Part shown: positions 62,345-64,000 of the stretch, one piece after another
How the letters are laid out: each line of letters starts with the position of its first letter
Position numbering within the stretch: the first letter of the stretch is position 1
Origin: an uncultured archaeon
GTDB taxonomy: Archaea; Thermoproteota; Nitrososphaeria_A; Caldarchaeales; Wolframiiraptoraceae
NCBI GenBank assembly: GCA_938083505.1
Contig: CALKCF010000007.1
Coordinates: 32,001-96,000, forward strand
Length of the DNA: 64,000 nucleotides
Direction: 5' to 3'
Program-made: the position numbers and the translations under genes
The notes under the pieces: generated by a model
Databases searched by the model: none
What the model saw: the letters and a program-made list of their open reading frames with translations, nothing else
What the model was told of the DNA's origin: nothing

Positions 62345-62723
62345 GAGGAGGTTATCAAAAACCCGCAACTGATAAACGAAAACCCTTATGGTAGATGTTG
62401 GATGGCCGTCCTGAAACTAAGCAACATTGAAGAACTGGATACGTTACTTTGAAGATGAAGTTTACTTCAACTATCAAACCCGTGATGGGACTGCGTAGTA
62501 TGAGTATCTTTCTTCCGTGCTTTATTGATTCGAACGTGTATCCTTTATTTATACATCTACCCTTTAGTAAGACCCTGAAGCTTTCTATTCGTCCTAACGT
62601 TTTGATAACAAAATCCTTTAACTCCATCCTTATCACCGACGATGTCAAAGATTGCTGCTCAACTTTAACACAGAAATATTCATATGTTAATAGCCGCTCC
62701 CGAAGTATACCTTTCTCTGACAT
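62345..62723 (-). pseudogene. GcvH-like paralogue (Arg at the lipoyl position) whose 3' end is inverted
   Basis: Minus strand reads ...SIKHGRKILILRSPITGLIVEVN to 62460; the continuation EEVIKNPQLINENPYGRCW is on the plus strand at 62345-62452. Confidence 0.8.
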
Positions 62724-62867
62724 GCTTGTTCTCCTCAGATATCGCGAGAATGCAGTAGAGTATAACCTACGTCGTATAAAGACTTAGCATGATATGCTGA
62801 GTTATGTATGTGTCAGTTTAACAGGAAGTGCAATATCTTAAAATAAAAACAAAAACCTTAGAAAATT

Positions 62868-64000
62868 CTATAATAGGCCGAGTTGTCTAGCAAACAATTC
62901 CGCTACGTCTAGGACTTGCATCTTTATACCAATCTTCTTTAACCCATCCATTAGCGTTATCTTGCAGGCTGGACATGCGGAGGTAAGGATTTCAGCTCCT
63001 AGGACTTGAGCTTGTTTCACCCTCTTTTCAGCTATGTTTAACCTTAGCTCGTCGTTCACAGCTTGGAGAATGCCCCCGCCCCCACAACAGCGCACGTCCC
63101 TTTTGTTCTCGGGCATCTCCTTGAAGAAAGATGCTACTGTAGTAATTACACGCCTCGGCTCGTCTATCACGCCGCTGAGTCTTGCAAGCTCGCATGGGTC
63201 GTGGTAAGTTACAATGGCAGACTCTTTTTCTAATCCTTTGAGGGGTATATGTTCCTTTTTGATGTATAGATCAAGAAATTCCATGAGATGCATAACATCA
63301 AACCTTAGAGCCCTGCCTATCAAAAAAGGATACTTTTGCTTAATCATCCTCACACATCCTGGACATGCTGATATCACCAGCCTGGCACCCAAGTTTTCTA
63401 TTGCCCTAACGTTATGTTCAGCCATATTCCTAGCACCATCTTCATCTCCTATCATAAGCAGCGGTGCACCACAGCACCACTCATCCTCACCTAGGAGTGT
63501 CCAATTTACTCCTGCATGGTTTAAGATCAGAGATGTTGCGTATGCTATTTCTTGTGTGACCGCCTTGTATGAAGATGTGCACCCAACAAAATACACAACA
63601 TCAGAACATTCGTTCATCTTAACGTTCTCAAGACCTAAGTAATCAACCCACATCGCTCTTGCATCATTCCCCACACCGTAGGTGTTGCAAGTATTAAGTA
63701 TGAATTTATCAACCTCCTTAAGTACTGACGGGTGTTTGTTAAATCTATAAACAATTTTCCTGAATAGTTCCCAAAGCGTATCTGTTTGTATTCCGAACGG
63801 ACATACGGCCATGCATCTACCACAAAGGGCGCACTCGTAGACGCTTTCAACATACTTCTCAATTTCATTTAACTTCTCTATCTTTAATCGAGAGAACGTA
63901 AGGAATGGGCTCATGCCGCTCTTTATTATTTTAAGCATAACAGAGGCCCTACCTCCTGGCATAATCTGTGGTTTTTTCAGAACCTCATAAGTTGGGCAAT
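62868..64000 (-). CDS. HdrD-like Fe-S oxidoreductase, 5' end outside the window
   Basis: CALCGRCMAVCP, YFVGC, WCCG, CPGC, YHDPC, CCGGGG, ACPAC. Confidence 0.9.
   Translation of the reverse strand, partial: CPTYEVLKKPQIMPGGRASVMLKIIKSGMSPFLTFSRLKIEKLNEIEKYVESVYECALCGRCMAVCPFGIQTDTLWELFRKIVYRFNKHPSVLKEVDKFILNTCNTYGVGNDARAMWVDYLGLENVKMNECSDVVYFVGCTSSYKAVTQEIAYATSLILNHAGVNWTLLGEDEWCCGAPLLMIGDEDGARNMAEHNVRAIENLGARLVISACPGCVRMIKQKYPFLIGRALRFDVMHLMEFLDLYIKKEHIPLKGLEKESAIVTYHDPCELARLSGVIDEPRRVITTVASFFKEMPENKRDVRCCGGGGILQAVNDELRLNIAEKRVKQAQVLGAEILTSACPACKITLMDGLKKIGIKMQVLDVAELFARQLGLL

Noticed and set aside
1-64000. CRISPR arrays, rRNA genes, IS transposases, C/D box sRNAs
   Set aside because: No regularly spaced repeats, rRNA-like tracts or transposase ORFs seen; intergenic UGAUGA/CUGA-like words did not form convincing box pairs.

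Overview
Archaeal chromosomal DNA from a TACK/Thermoproteota-type organism, plausibly Aigarchaeota-like (inferred from PolB1, TBP, the exosome superoperon, tetraether synthase and a two-intron tRNA). 1-30.9 kb is mostly housekeeping: a LipS1-like radical SAM gene, UDG, PolB1, a classical lipA-lpdA-lipB operon, TBP, leuB/leuA-ilvB-ilvN-ilvC, an ECF transporter and the proteasome/exosome superoperon. 30.9-35.06 kb is a decayed, rearranged head module of a tailed virus (HK97-type capsid, decoration protein, portal, protease) beside the 3' end of tRNA-Gln(CTG). Next come a DNA methyltransferase coupled to an unknown protein, acyl-CoA dehydrogenase, Nth, an ABC transporter, nadC and tes. 45.7-64 kb is a metabolic island: hypBACD and hypE enclose a LipS2-LipS1-Lpl-LipT lipoate assembly cassette, followed by AbrB/PhoU regulators, OsmC, a lipoyl-carrier (GcvH/LbpA-like) protein, two carrier paralogues without the lipoyl lysine, a GlcD-like flavoprotein and HdrD-like Fe-S proteins, with one module decaying. 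Best candidates for new biology: (1) a lipoyl-carrier-linked HdrD/GlcD redox system; (2) twin 5-codon uORF leaders (MNQLE, MRQII) with near-identical geometry ahead of leuA and ilvB, suggesting archaeal branched-chain amino acid attenuation; (3) the methyltransferase plus orphan protein pair. All calls come from motif recognition by eye; no searches were run.
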